DNA of 25,144 bases. It comes from a virus. Lineage: Duplodnaviria; Caudoviricetes. Shown in pieces: positions 1 through 8,654 of the stretch. Where the stretch lies: positions 1 through 25,144 of the IMG/VR virus record IMGVR_UViG_3300034993_000144. One strand, written 5' to 3'. The notes beneath the pieces are model-generated. The model was given only the letters and a program-made list of their open reading frames with translations. It did not search any database and was not told the origin of the DNA. Within the stretch, counting starts at the first letter, position 1, and each line of letters begins with the position of its first letter. A program made the position numbers and the translations under genes.

Positions 1-77
1 CCGGTCAGCTTGAACGCGTAGCGTTTGCGACCGGCTTACTCTATGCACTCGGGCTGACCGTCTCAGTCTGAGGCGTG

Positions 78-239
78 ATGGACCGACTGATCTTCCTGAT
101 TGTGGCATTGGTCATTCTGGCCTTACTCGGCTGGATTCTGACGCTCATCCCCATGCAACAAATACTGCGCAATGTGATCATGGTGATTGCCATCGTGATA
201 GTCATTCTGATCCTCTTGCAACGGCTGGGGTACTTATGA
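78..239 (+). CDS. Small two-TM membrane protein (holin candidate), 53 aa
   Basis: Not in ORF track. Manual translation MDRLIFLIVALVILALLGWILTLIPMQQILRNVIMVIAIVIVILILLQRLGYL; two hydrophobic segments; GAGG upstream; ATGA overlap with next ORF. Confidence 0.7.
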   Translation: MDRLIFLIVALVILALLGWILTLIPMQQILRNVIMVIAIVIVILILLQRLGYL

Positions 240-409
240 TAGCGACCGTCGAGCTTCATACCGGACGCTGGTGTCTGATGATTGCGGGACTTGTGATTGC
301 GATGGAGACGGATCGGATTCGCGAGTTCAAAATCATTGGTAGTCACTGGGAGAAAGAATCACTAGACCAGGCCGCAGCGCTGATTAACGCGGCGATGGTG
401 CCGGTATGA
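236..409 (+). CDS. Hypothetical protein, 57 aa
   Basis: Manual translation MIATVELHTGRWCLMIAGLVIAMETDRIREF...; ATGA overlaps at both ends. Confidence 0.6.
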   Translation: MIATVELHTGRWCLMIAGLVIAMETDRIREFKIIGSHWEKESLDQAAALINAAMVPV

Positions 410-540
410 GCGAGCTTGACGCAAAGCTCACGGTGATGGTCCATCTCCTGATCCGGCTGCTGCTGTCCGCGCTTGTGATCCTGTTCATCACCGTGCTTGT
501 AGCGGTGCTTGTGGCCGTGCGCCAGGTCGGGCTGTTATGA
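406..540 (+). CDS. Small single-TM membrane protein (holin/antiholin candidate), 44 aa
   Basis: MSELDAKLTVMVHLLIRLLLSALVILFITVLVAVLVAVRQVGLL; ATGA-coupled to the endolysin. Confidence 0.65.
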   Translation: MSELDAKLTVMVHLLIRLLLSALVILFITVLVAVLVAVRQVGLL

Positions 541-1271
541 CTGAGCTTGACCAGCGATACCGCAAAGACTTACGCCACCCAAGTGGATTTGGCTATGGTC
601 GTGTCTCATCCTCGAGCGGTGACTGGACCGGATGGCGACCAGGCAAAGCAACCTCAATCGTCATCCACTCGACCAACGGCAACAAAGGGTCAACGCTGGC
701 AGGCGAGGCCGCATTTCTGCGTGACAGCAAGAACGTCAGTTGTAGTGACCTCATCGGCAAGGATGGCACCATCGTTGAGATCCTGCCGGCTGGCATGGTT
801 CCGTGGCACGCTGGTTCCTGCAAGCCGGCCTGGGCCAACCACCTCAGCATCGGGATAGAGTTGCATCATGCGGTCGGGGAGGCCTACACCTCGAAGCAGA
901 TGGACGCATTGACCCAGCGGGTGCTTGAGTTTATCGCGGTCTACCACATACCCGATACCCTGATTGAGACGCATCGGTTTATTGCACTGCCGGCAGGCCG
1001 CAAGGTTGACCCAAGCGATTGGTCAGATGACGAGTTCTATAGCTGGCGCGCGAGCCTGTATAAAACTGACCAACCGCTGGGCACCGTTGCGGTTGACCCA
1101 CGGCTCAAAACGTATTGGGAGAAGTCAGGCGGTGTCTGGCAGAAGGACCGTTTTGCATTAGGGTATGGGACCACACCGCTAACCAACGGCGTGCAACTCT
1201 TTGAGCGTGGGGCGTTGCGATTGCATCCGGACGGCGTCATCGAAGGCTTATTGCTGAGTGAGTTGGTCTGA
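537..1271 (+). CDS. Endolysin, N-acetylmuramoyl-L-alanine amidase (Amidase_2 type) with C-terminal putative cell-envelope-binding repeat
   Basis: Motifs IVIHST, WHAG, SIGIEL, ETHR, RKVDP; C-terminal YWEKSGG...LGYG...VQLFERG. Confidence 0.9.
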   Translation: MTELDQRYRKDLRHPSGFGYGRVSSSSGDWTGWRPGKATSIVIHSTNGNKGSTLAGEAAFLRDSKNVSCSDLIGKDGTIVEILPAGMVPWHAGSCKPAWANHLSIGIELHHAVGEAYTSKQMDALTQRVLEFIAVYHIPDTLIETHRFIALPAGRKVDPSDWSDDEFYSWRASLYKTDQPLGTVAVDPRLKTYWEKSGGVWQKDRFALGYGTTPLTNGVQLFERGALRLHPDGVIEGLLLSELV

Positions 1272-1462
1272 TGACGCCCATGACGTTCTGGCAACGGCTG
1301 CATGTGCGCTGGTGGGACTTCAAGTGGGCCTGGGGCGCGCGCATCTGTGCCCGGCGCAATCACTTGTGGCGCGTCATGCCGCCGAGTGATGACTACGACA
1401 ACCGCACCTTCGAGGTATGCCGTCGATGCAATGCGATCTGGCAGCATGAGGTGTCCGAATGA
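1271..1462 (+). CDS. Hypothetical protein with possible Zn-binding Cys/His
   Basis: TGATG and ATGA coupling to neighbours; C..H...CRRC. Confidence 0.6.
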   Translation: MTPMTFWQRLHVRWWDFKWAWGARICARRNHLWRVMPPSDDYDNRTFEVCRRCNAIWQHEVSE

Positions 1463-1887
1463 GGCGTTTCAGCTACATCCTTGCCGCCATCATCTGGCTA
1501 CCGCTGATCATGTCGAGCGTACCAGTGCCGCCGGCGGCGCCGACTGAGCCAATCGTGATTGACGTCCCACCGTTCGGCACTGGACTCAATTTTACAAACC
1601 CACAGTTAATCCGTGACCGGGCCGGCGTGATATGGGCCGCAACCCGCGCCGATAGCTCGATTGGCGGGCTGGTGTGGCGCGTGGATGGCTATCAGGGGAC
1701 TGCACCCGGTCAACGCGGCACACCGACGCAAGTCAACCCGACCAATCCGAGCCAGTTTTTCGCCAATGGCGAATTGATCGTGTGGCCTGACGGCTACCTG
1801 TATTACGTGACCGTGGAGATTGATAACCTCCGCGACCGCAACCCGCTGGCGCAGACCGCGTGGCCAGTACCTGGATGGACACCGTGA
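1459..1887 (+). CDS. Secreted or membrane-anchored hypothetical protein
   Basis: N-terminal signal/TM MRRFSYILAAIIWLPLIM, Pro-rich linker, beta-rich remainder. Confidence 0.7.
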   Translation: MRRFSYILAAIIWLPLIMSSVPVPPAAPTEPIVIDVPPFGTGLNFTNPQLIRDRAGVIWAATRADSSIGGLVWRVDGYQGTAPGQRGTPTQVNPTNPSQFFANGELIVWPDGYLYYVTVEIDNLRDRNPLAQTAWPVPGWTP

Positions 1888-1888
1888 C

Positions 1889-2389
1889 GTGGCAGGCTTG
1901 ACCGTGAGACAACGATTGTTCATCGCTCACTATTGCGACTGTTGGAACGGGGCCGAGGCCGCGCGGCGGGCTGGCTATGCTGAGAAGTCGGCAAACGTCG
2001 AAGGTGCCCGATTGCTAGCAAACGCTAGCATTTCAGCCGCTATCAAAGAGCACATTGACCAGATCATGCCAGCCGGTGAAGTGCTCACGCGATTAGCCGA
2101 TCATGCGCGGGCCACGATGGACGATTTTACCGATGCTGAGACAGCAACGCTCAATCTTGGGAAGGCGAAACGGGCCGGGAAGATGCACCTGATCAAGAAG
2201 TTCAGCAGAACCGAGACAGACAAGAGTACGCATGTTGGCATCGAATTGCACGACGCGCAATCGGCACTCGAAAAGCTCGGCACGTATCACGGTCTGTTCA
2301 AACAACGAATCGAGCATGGCGGCAGCATCGGAACGTATGACGTGGACATAGGCGGGGAACGTGACAGCAGCACCGATACAACCGACTAA
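1889..2389 (+). CDS. terS: Terminase small subunit
   Basis: LTVRQRLFIAHY...NGAEAARRAGY...GARLL HTH motif; C-terminal ALEKLGTYHGLF; GTG at 1889 preferred over 1820. Confidence 0.9.
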   Translation: MAGLTVRQRLFIAHYCDCWNGAEAARRAGYAEKSANVEGARLLANASISAAIKEHIDQIMPAGEVLTRLADHARATMDDFTDAETATLNLGKAKRAGKMHLIKKFSRTETDKSTHVGIELHDAQSALEKLGTYHGLFKQRIEHGGSIGTYDVDIGGERDSSTDTTD

Positions 2390-3551
2390 TTCGCGCGTTC
2401 TGCGACATCGCACGCGGACCGGACCGCAATATGCGTTCTGGACATCGCCGGCACGTTTCAGATTCCTGATCGGTGGCATCGGATCGGGAAAAACGCGGGC
2501 CGGATGCGTGGAAGTGTTACGCCAGCCGGCTGAGACGATTGGCATGGTGATCGCACCGACCTATCCGATGCTCAGGGATGCCACGCTCAGGACGTTTCTC
2601 GATCTGGCGCGGCGTGGCGAGATTCTCAAACACTGGAACAAAACCGACCTGATTGCAACACTCACGGATGGCAAGGTCATTCTGTTTCGCAGTGCAGATG
2701 ACCCTGATCGGTTGCGTGGTCCGAACCTCGGCTGGTTCTACCTGGACGAGGCCGCGATGATGAGCGCCGATGCCTGGATGGTGATGATTGGCCGGCTGCG
2801 GCTGGCACCGGGCCGGGCCTGGGCTACCTCCACACCGCGCGGGATGAACTGGCTTGCCAAGCTTGTCCAGAGTGGACCGGACTACCAGCTCATCACCTCG
2901 TCAACCCGCGAGAATCGCTACCTTCCATCTGAGTTCGTGGCAACACTGGAACGGACCTATACCGCACGCATGGCACGGCAGGAAATAGAAGGCCAGTTCC
3001 TTGACGATGTACCGGGGGCGCTGTGGACACGCGCCAACCTCGATGAGACGCGCGTGAGTAGCGTGCCCGATCTGGTGCGTATCGTTGTCGGCGTTGACCC
3101 GTCTGCGACCTCTGGCGGCGATATGTGCGGCATTGTGGTAGCGGGCAAAGGGTCGGATGGTCACGGCTATATCCTCGATGACCGGACCATTCAGGGCAGC
3201 CCGTCAGCCTGGGCGCATGAGGCCGTATCGGCGTTTCATAAGTTCAAATGTGATCGCCTCGTCGCGGAGTCGAATAATGGCGGGGAGATGGTGTCCTTGA
3301 CGATCCGCACGGTCAAGGATGCGCCGGTCGTGAAACTCGTCCATGCCAGCCGGGGCAAGATGACCCGCGCAGAGCCGATAGCCGCGCTCTATGAGCAGCA
3401 CAAGGTTCATCACGTTGGGGTGTACGCACCACTCGAAGATGAGCTGTGCAGCTATGACGGCAGCGGGCAATCACCAAACCGCTTAGATGCGCTCGTGTGG
3501 GCGCTGACTGAACTCAAGATCGGGACAACCGGAATAGGGTTTTACCCATGA
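2361..3551 (+). CDS. terL: Terminase large subunit
   Basis: Walker A GGIGSGKT, Walker B FYLDEAA, TSTP coupling motif, nuclease VGVDP...SPNRLDALVWA. Confidence 0.95.
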   Translation: MTAAPIQPTNSRVLRHRTRTGPQYAFWTSPARFRFLIGGIGSGKTRAGCVEVLRQPAETIGMVIAPTYPMLRDATLRTFLDLARRGEILKHWNKTDLIATLTDGKVILFRSADDPDRLRGPNLGWFYLDEAAMMSADAWMVMIGRLRLAPGRAWATSTPRGMNWLAKLVQSGPDYQLITSSTRENRYLPSEFVATLERTYTARMARQEIEGQFLDDVPGALWTRANLDETRVSSVPDLVRIVVGVDPSATSGGDMCGIVVAGKGSDGHGYILDDRTIQGSPSAWAHEAVSAFHKFKCDRLVAESNNGGEMVSLTIRTVKDAPVVKLVHASRGKMTRAEPIAALYEQHKVHHVGVYAPLEDELCSYDGSGQSPNRLDALVWALTELKIGTTGIGFYP

Positions 3552-5659
3552 TGCAACTGCTCACCAAGGCCGCAACCAGCATCCGGCGCCGGACACGCGC
3601 GGGTGATTCTGTGACCGATCAGGTAGCGGCAGACCTGGCAGCACGGCAGTCCGGCAGAGCGTGGGGTGAGTTGCCGGTAGTCAAGCTCGGCGATCCGCAT
3701 GGGCCGATTGTCAATATCCCGATGAACAAGCTTGACCCGCTGGACTACACCCGCGCGCATTTGCTGCACATCGCACGAACACACGAGCTGGTGAATGCCT
3801 GTCTACGAATCAGGGCTGATCGGTTGATCAAGCCGCGCGTGACCGTCGAGCGCGCCACCGGGCCGGACGAGTGGCAACGCATCGAGCAACACCCCTTGCT
3901 TGACCTGATACGCGTTCCTGATGAACACCTGGATACTGCCGCGTTCTGGCGCTTTGTCAGCATGTCATGGGATGCGGTGGGCTATGTTTACCTGGAACCA
4001 ATCACCATCAGCGGGTTCCTGGTTGGTGTCAACCCGCTTGACCCGCAATACGTCAAAGAGTTCTATACCTCGGCTGGCAAGCTGGACTATTACGAGTGGT
4101 ATCCCGGCTACGGCGACCGTGTGATCTTCCAACCGGATCAACTCATCGTGAGACGCCGGCTGAATGACATTGACCCGGCTCCACTGATCTCGGCACTGTC
4201 TGCGGTTGAATCCGATCTGGCCTACACCGAGCATATCCGATCGTTCTTTGCGAACTCAGGCATACCACCGGGCATCGTGATTATCAAGGGCTCAGTCTCA
4301 CCGGAAGATTCGGATGCCATCAAAGAGAAGTGGCTGCTGGAACGCGGGCGAGGTGGCAAGTATCAGAACGCGCCAGTTGTGATGGGCAGTGACGATGCCA
4401 GCTATCAGGAGATTGGCTCAAAGCTGCAATCACTCGACAATGAGATTCTGCGCGAACTGATTGAGTCACGCATATTAATGCCATTCGGCGTCCCGCCAAT
4501 CGTGATCTACTCGTTTTTCGGACTGCGGCACGGCACCTACAGCAACGTTGACGAGGCCTGGAATAGCTTCTGGGAAAGCACAGTCGAAACTTTGCTCAGT
4601 GAGTGGGCCGATTTCCTGACGCGCGCCTTCCTGCCGTTCTATGAGAATCCCAATGATGTGCGGGCCGGCCTGGTCCGTGTGGCCTTCGATGTGTCCGGTA
4701 TCCCGGCCATGCAAGAGGACCGGACGGCAAGCGTGGCAATGGAGAAGGATGCCTACGACCAGGGCATTATCTCAATCAACGAGCGGCGTCAGGGTATGGG
4801 CATGGACCGCTTGAAAGAACCTGCCGCAGATAAGATTGAAGCACTGGTTGAGCCTGCATCAATCCCACCGCAACTGGCCGCCTTCACCGGGACCACACCA
4901 CCCACACCACCCACACCACCCCCTCCTGTTGAGCCAGTCGAGCCGGATGCGGCAAAGAGTCTGCGTATCGTGCATAACGTCAAAGCCAAGCCGAAACCGA
5001 CGCCACGGTTGGATGCAGATGTTGCCAAGTACCTCAAGGACGAGTACGCCAAAGCGCGGCGATTGGTCATCTCGGAAGGGCCAGCCGGCGCGCAAGTCGC
5101 ACTCGAAGATGTGCTTGATAACGGCACTGCGTTATTCGGCACGCTCGGACCAGCCGAGCGACGAGAATATGCTGACTCATGGCGTCAGGCCGCACTCAAA
5201 CTTAATTGGGATGTAACGCTTGATACTGCCGATATAGATAACGCGGTCGGCATTCTGGCCGAGCGGTGCGTGGGTATGGCTGGCACCACAAAGCAAGAAG
5301 TCAGTGATGTTATCAAGCAGGGCCACAAGGAACAATGGTCTGACGCGCAGATAGCCGAGAAGATCAGCCAGCTTGGGTTTGAGCGGTCAAAAGCACGCGC
5401 GCCACTGATCACCCGCACAGAGCTAGCAATCGCAAGCACGACAGCCGCGCGGGATGCGTACCAGGCCAGTGGCATTGTCTCCGAGCTTGAGTGGTTGACC
5501 GGACCTGATCCGTGTCCAGAGTGCCAGGAGCGTGACGGCAAACGGTACGCACTCGACAGCGCACCGGAGTTGCCAGCGCATCCCGCATGTAGGTGCGATT
5601 GGGCACCTATCGTCAGTGAATCACTTGTTATGTCGGAAGTTCCTGTAATGCAGACGTGA
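3548..5659 (+). CDS. Portal protein fused to a MuF-type (SPP1 gp7-like) minor head domain
   Basis: HK97-like portal motifs (HPLLDL, FFANSGIPPG, FGVPP, YSN, SINERR); Pro-rich linker; C-terminal ITRTE...W...CPEC...PAHPACRC. Confidence 0.88.
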   Translation: MMQLLTKAATSIRRRTRAGDSVTDQVAADLAARQSGRAWGELPVVKLGDPHGPIVNIPMNKLDPLDYTRAHLLHIARTHELVNACLRIRADRLIKPRVTVERATGPDEWQRIEQHPLLDLIRVPDEHLDTAAFWRFVSMSWDAVGYVYLEPITISGFLVGVNPLDPQYVKEFYTSAGKLDYYEWYPGYGDRVIFQPDQLIVRRRLNDIDPAPLISALSAVESDLAYTEHIRSFFANSGIPPGIVIIKGSVSPEDSDAIKEKWLLERGRGGKYQNAPVVMGSDDASYQEIGSKLQSLDNEILRELIESRILMPFGVPPIVIYSFFGLRHGTYSNVDEAWNSFWESTVETLLSEWADFLTRAFLPFYENPNDVRAGLVRVAFDVSGIPAMQEDRTASVAMEKDAYDQGIISINERRQGMGMDRLKEPAADKIEALVEPASIPPQLAAFTGTTPPTPPTPPPPVEPVEPDAAKSLRIVHNVKAKPKPTPRLDADVAKYLKDEYAKARRLVISEGPAGAQVALEDVLDNGTALFGTLGPAERREYADSWRQAALKLNWDVTLDTADIDNAVGILAERCVGMAGTTKQEVSDVIKQGHKEQWSDAQIAEKISQLGFERSKARAPLITRTELAIASTTAARDAYQASGIVSELEWLTGPDPCPECQERDGKRYALDSAPELPAHPACRCDWAPIVSESLVMSEVPVMQT

Positions 5660-6359
5660 TGATAGCAATACAGGCATCAATATCAAGGTTAATTTCATGA
5701 TCGGTGAAGCGAAAAACTCGAAAGCCACAGGCGCGCAGATAGGCATCTTTGCTGCTATCACGCCGCTGCTGCTTGACCGAGCTATGCCAGTAGGTGCCGT
5801 CACATTCGATGATGATCATGGCACCGACAATCGCAAAGTCGCAGAGGAACTTGCCACCGACAAGGTATTGCCCTTCTGCGGTGATGCCAGCCGCCTCAAG
5901 TGCGGATGCCATGCGACGTTCAATGCTGGTTGGTTGGCGCTGCTGCAAGATCAGGTTGGCATCAATGGACCGCTGGCGCGTGAGTTCAGGGTTGGCACGC
6001 TGCCACGCCGCAAACGTCGCGCTCGTCTGCTCACGTCGCGCATCGTTATCAACCCATTGGAGCGCGACGGCTTCGCTATATGTTCGCTTCTCAACACCGG
6101 CATCGGCAAAGAGTTTGATCGTCTGTTGCGGCTGGATGCCGAGCGAAAGCCCGATGGCTTTCTGAGACTCACCCGCCGCATAGCGTCGGCGAATGTGATC
6201 AAGCACATCCTCCCCAAGACGCGCCGACAGGGTTGCTCGATAGTTGAGACGGATCAGCCGTTTACCACAGATGGGCGAACAGGCAACAAGCGGGGCATCG
6301 TGGGACGGTTTGCGGCGAACAGGCGCACCACAGATCGCACAGGGCTTTATAATCGGCAT
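5628..6359 (-). CDS. Putative free-standing homing endonuclease: Zn finger + HTH + Vsr/DUF559 (EDxHD-like) nuclease
   Basis: CAIC...CSPIC, HTH-like middle, TSIE...CDF...IIECDGTYWH...RDSSKDAYL...VFRF; GGAGG RBS before ATG 6359. Confidence 0.85.
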   Translation of the reverse strand: MPIIKPCAICGAPVRRKPSHDAPLVACSPICGKRLIRLNYRATLSARLGEDVLDHIRRRYAAGESQKAIGLSLGIQPQQTIKLFADAGVEKRTYSEAVALQWVDNDARREQTSATFAAWQRANPELTRQRSIDANLILQQRQPTSIERRMASALEAAGITAEGQYLVGGKFLCDFAIVGAMIIIECDGTYWHSSVKQQRRDSSKDAYLRACGFRVFRFTDHEINLDIDACIAIITSALQELPT

Positions 6360-6429
6360 ACTGGCCTCCATCATAGGTCAGTCGTGCCACGGTCCGTTAC
6401 AGCGGATGCGTGGCTTTCTGATGCCATGA

Positions 6430-6438
6430 ATTATAACA
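6430..6438 (-). promoter_or_regulatory. Extended -10 promoter for the endonuclease cassette
   Basis: Minus strand TGtTATAAT, about 70 nt upstream of ATG 6359; no good -35. Confidence 0.7.
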
Positions 6439-6440
6439 CA

Positions 6441-6524
6441 CCGGCCTGTGTTTGTGATTACGCCCCAATCGTGTCCAGTGTGCTGGAAGTACCAGCGAAT
6501 GTACCAGCGGAGGTGGCAGCATGA
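6441..6524 (+). pseudogene. Displaced original 3' end of the portal-MuF gene
   Basis: Encodes PACVCDYAPIVSSVLEVPANVPAEVAA*, paralogous to PACRCDWAPIVS at 5582; ends in ATGA overlap with the protease start and carries its RBS (GGAGGT). Confidence 0.8.
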
Positions 6525-7408
6525 ATGATGACTACCGCGCGGCTGAGGCCGTAGCCGCGCTGCAATCCATAGACGCCGGGCGCATCGAGTACAAGGCCAA
6601 TGTGGATATCCCGGCGTTGTCTGTGGATGGCCGCGAGGTCACGACGCTGTGGAGTGTTGACTGCCTGGACGATGTTGGGGATATTACGCCGGTATCTGCC
6701 TTCTCTAGCGTTCTGACAGCAAAGCCGGAGAGCATACCGCATCTGTTCATGCACGAGATAACGCAACCAGCGATTGCCGTGGTTCGCAAAGTCGAGCCGG
6801 TCACGCGCGCCGATCTGCCGTCTGATGTGCAAGCCGCCTATCCGGAGGCCACTGGCGGTATGTCGAGCGTGTCAACGTTCCTGTCAACGCCGCGCGCCGA
6901 TGAAATCTTTCAAGGTATCAAGGCTGGCATCCCCTACCAGGCATCATTCGGCTACCGTGTCTTGCAGTCCACACCACACCGGCAGATCAAGCGCGCGGAT
7001 GGCAAGCCGGCGCGGGTGCTGAACCAACTGTACCTCTATGAGATTTCCACGACCCACAGCAACCATGCTGCACAGCCTGCGACCCGCGTCCGGCTCGGCA
7101 AGGCACTCGCACTGCTCGAAGAGTACAAAGCCGCGCTGGAAGGAATCAAGGCTGGCCGCAGACACTCAGAAACAGACATGGCGTGGATACGCCAGGGCGT
7201 GGAACTCGCCCGCCAGATTATGAATATGTTCGACGCATTGGGCGCCGACAACCTCCAACCGATTGTAGTTGCTGGTCCACCTGCCACGGTGGAAAGGACT
7301 CCAACGGTGGAACTGATAGCGGACATCAGGTCCATCCTAGGAGTCAGCAATGAGCAAGTCAGCGTACATGCTGCATCTGGAAAGCCAGATGCGGCCATTG
7401 GTGGATGA
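6521..7408 (+). CDS. HK97-type prohead maturation protease
   Basis: DDVGDI..SAF, LFMH, ASFGY, LYEIS motifs; lies between portal and capsid genes. Confidence 0.85.
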   Translation: MNDDYRAAEAVAALQSIDAGRIEYKANVDIPALSVDGREVTTLWSVDCLDDVGDITPVSAFSSVLTAKPESIPHLFMHEITQPAIAVVRKVEPVTRADLPSDVQAAYPEATGGMSSVSTFLSTPRADEIFQGIKAGIPYQASFGYRVLQSTPHRQIKRADGKPARVLNQLYLYEISTTHSNHAAQPATRVRLGKALALLEEYKAALEGIKAGRRHSETDMAWIRQGVELARQIMNMFDALGADNLQPIVVAGPPATVERTPTVELIADIRSILGVSNEQVSVHAASGKPDAAIGG

Positions 7409-8651
7409 GCTAGAAGAGCTCGAACAACTCGCACAGCCGTCCGATGGCGAGAAGTCACGCCAGGACGAGATCACAATCCAGCTCAAGGGGATGAAGGGCG
7501 AGTATGCCCGCGCGGACGAGCGGACGAAAGAATCCGAATCCGCGAAGGGCATCTATCTGGCAACGCAGGTAGAAGCCGAGCCGGCACGCGCGCGCACCGA
7601 CCGCCAGCAGATCGGGACCAGCCTTGCACTGGACACGAGCAAGGGCTGGTTCGATACCGTTGTCGAGTCCAAGTCCTTCAAACGCGGCATTGACGACATT
7701 ATGAATGTCCGTGAGTCCATGCCGCTGTCCAAGCTCTTTCCGGGCTTCTCTGAGCGCAAGGCCGTATTCATCCCGGGCAACCTGGATCGCTCTGGCGGCC
7801 TCGTCGATGTGTTCAATGAGGCAACGCAGCCACGCCGGCGCCATTCCGTGCTGGAGTTGATTCGCACGGTGCCAACCAACCAATACAACATCAACTATCT
7901 GCCGCTGACGTTCACCAACAATGCAGCGTCGGTTGCGCTCGGCCAGCCCAAACCAGAGAGCACCAACACCGGGCAGATCGAAACACTCACCCAAACGACC
8001 ATCGCACATTGGAAGGAAACCGTGCGGCAGGTGTTGAAATACATCCCGCAACTGCGCGGTGAGATTGAGACGGAGCTGAGTCAAGGTGTGCTTGACCGGC
8101 TAGAGAATCGTGTGATCCACGGCACGGGCATCGCACCGCAGATGAAGGGCGTGCTGGCACAGGTCACCAACACCGCAGCCGGCGCTGATCTGTTGGCACA
8201 GTTGTTCAATGCGGTATCTGCCGTTGAGTGGGCCGGTGGCGTGGTGGATGCCATTGTGGTCAACCCGCTCGATTGGGGCGAACTGCAACAGTACGAGTAC
8301 CTCAACAACGCAGTCAACCCGGTCATCACCGCCACAAGCTTCAACGGCTATCCGGTCGTCAAGTCGCGTTCACTGGCAGCCGGTCAGGCCATCGTCGGCG
8401 ACTGGTCAATGGCGGTCGTGCTGTATGTCGGCGATGCGCTGCGGGTCGATGTGACGGAAGCGTTGGGATTCAAGAGCAACATCGTCACCTTCCGGGCCGA
8501 GATGGACGCGGTTGTGCTGGTGAGCCGTCCGTGGCTGATGTACGTCTGCGACGGCCCGTTGCCGGCACCACCAGGAGGCGGGGCGCTCATGGCACGCTCG
8601 GCACAGACACGAGCAACCGATGAGCCAGCGGCGAAAAAGGGCAAGGAGTAG
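7350..8651 (+). CDS. Major capsid protein (HK97 fold) with N-terminal coiled-coil delta domain
   Basis: AGGAG RBS; KPES, TIAHW, IHGTG..QMKGVL, VVNPLDW, NGYPVV, AIVGDW, FKSNIVTFRAE motifs. Confidence 0.93.
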   Translation: MSKSAYMLHLESQMRPLVDELEELEQLAQPSDGEKSRQDEITIQLKGMKGEYARADERTKESESAKGIYLATQVEAEPARARTDRQQIGTSLALDTSKGWFDTVVESKSFKRGIDDIMNVRESMPLSKLFPGFSERKAVFIPGNLDRSGGLVDVFNEATQPRRRHSVLELIRTVPTNQYNINYLPLTFTNNAASVALGQPKPESTNTGQIETLTQTTIAHWKETVRQVLKYIPQLRGEIETELSQGVLDRLENRVIHGTGIAPQMKGVLAQVTNTAAGADLLAQLFNAVSAVEWAGGVVDAIVVNPLDWGELQQYEYLNNAVNPVITATSFNGYPVVKSRSLAAGQAIVGDWSMAVVLYVGDALRVDVTEALGFKSNIVTFRAEMDAVVLVSRPWLMYVCDGPLPAPPGGGALMARSAQTRATDEPAAKKGKE

Positions 8652-8654
8652 GCA

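Noticed and set aside
41-346. 101-aa - strand ORF
   Set aside because: Shadow of the coupled + strand small genes, which have better RBS and overlap support.
5582-6440. Group I intron or intein interrupting the portal-MuF gene
   Set aside because: The segment does not end in G, has no room for a catalytic core outside the antisense ORF, has no intein motifs, and the upstream gene is already complete without splicing.
5697-6524. 275-aa + strand ORF
   Set aside because: Mostly the antisense shadow of the endonuclease; only the last 27 codons are meaningful (displaced MuF end).
7350-7408. Protease-capsid frameshift fusion suggested by the 59-nt overlap
   Set aside because: The capsid gene has its own AGGAG RBS and ATG; no slippery heptamer seen.
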